64,000 bases of DNA from Oikopleura dioica (taxonomy: Eukaryota; Animalia; Chordata): the NCBI GenBank assembly GCA_907165135.1, contig OU015569.1:11470001-11534000 (forward strand). Reading direction: 5' to 3'. The translations under genes and the position numbers were made by a program. Numbering within the stretch: the stretch's first letter is position 1; the number at the start of each line of letters is the position of its first letter. Below the pieces are notes generated by a model. The model was not told the origin of the DNA, searched no databases, and saw nothing but the letters and a program-made list of their open reading frames with translations. Shown piece after piece: positions 63,931-64,000 of this stretch.

Positions 63931-64000
63931 AGAAAAGGTTTGATCGAGCGCGAGGGAATGGACAGATAGAGAGCAATGAGAATCGAGTAGTTTTCCGTTC

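Overview
Compact, AT-rich eukaryotic genomic DNA with many 35-60 bp introns. It is almost certainly the larvacean tunicate Oikopleura dioica: the window holds the 40-nt O. dioica spliced-leader exon (37051-37090, minus) just downstream of a 5S rRNA gene (37343-37461, minus). Recognisable host genes are a Tctex-1 family light chain, a Golgi sulfotransferase, DONSON, an operon-like run NOP16-RPL38-ELAVL-SRRM2, a FAM110-like gene, a divergent cyclophilin and a prothymosin-like acidic protein. There is also a local cluster of a Cys-rich/Kelch-like family, a trefoil/lectin-like mosaic protein and a tetraspanin-like gene. The transposon load is heavy: a near-intact Kolobok element and related TTAA MITEs, a 1.3-kb two-LTR mini-retroelement, a fold-back hAT palindrome, a hAT MITE, a 435-bp TTAA element pair with covarying hairpins, and more than a dozen copies of one MITE family. 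The most unusual object is a 4.06-kb element (29190-33250) with ~235-bp TIRs and an AAT target duplication. It has no recognisable transposase and instead carries two divergently oriented, spliced, paralogous genes of an unrecognised family that share an intron position. Its TIRs also contain an outward-facing splice acceptor, ATG and open frame that fuses in frame to the interrupted host exon. All gene models and alignments were done by eye, and several single-base frameshifts lie in homopolymers and may be assembly errors.
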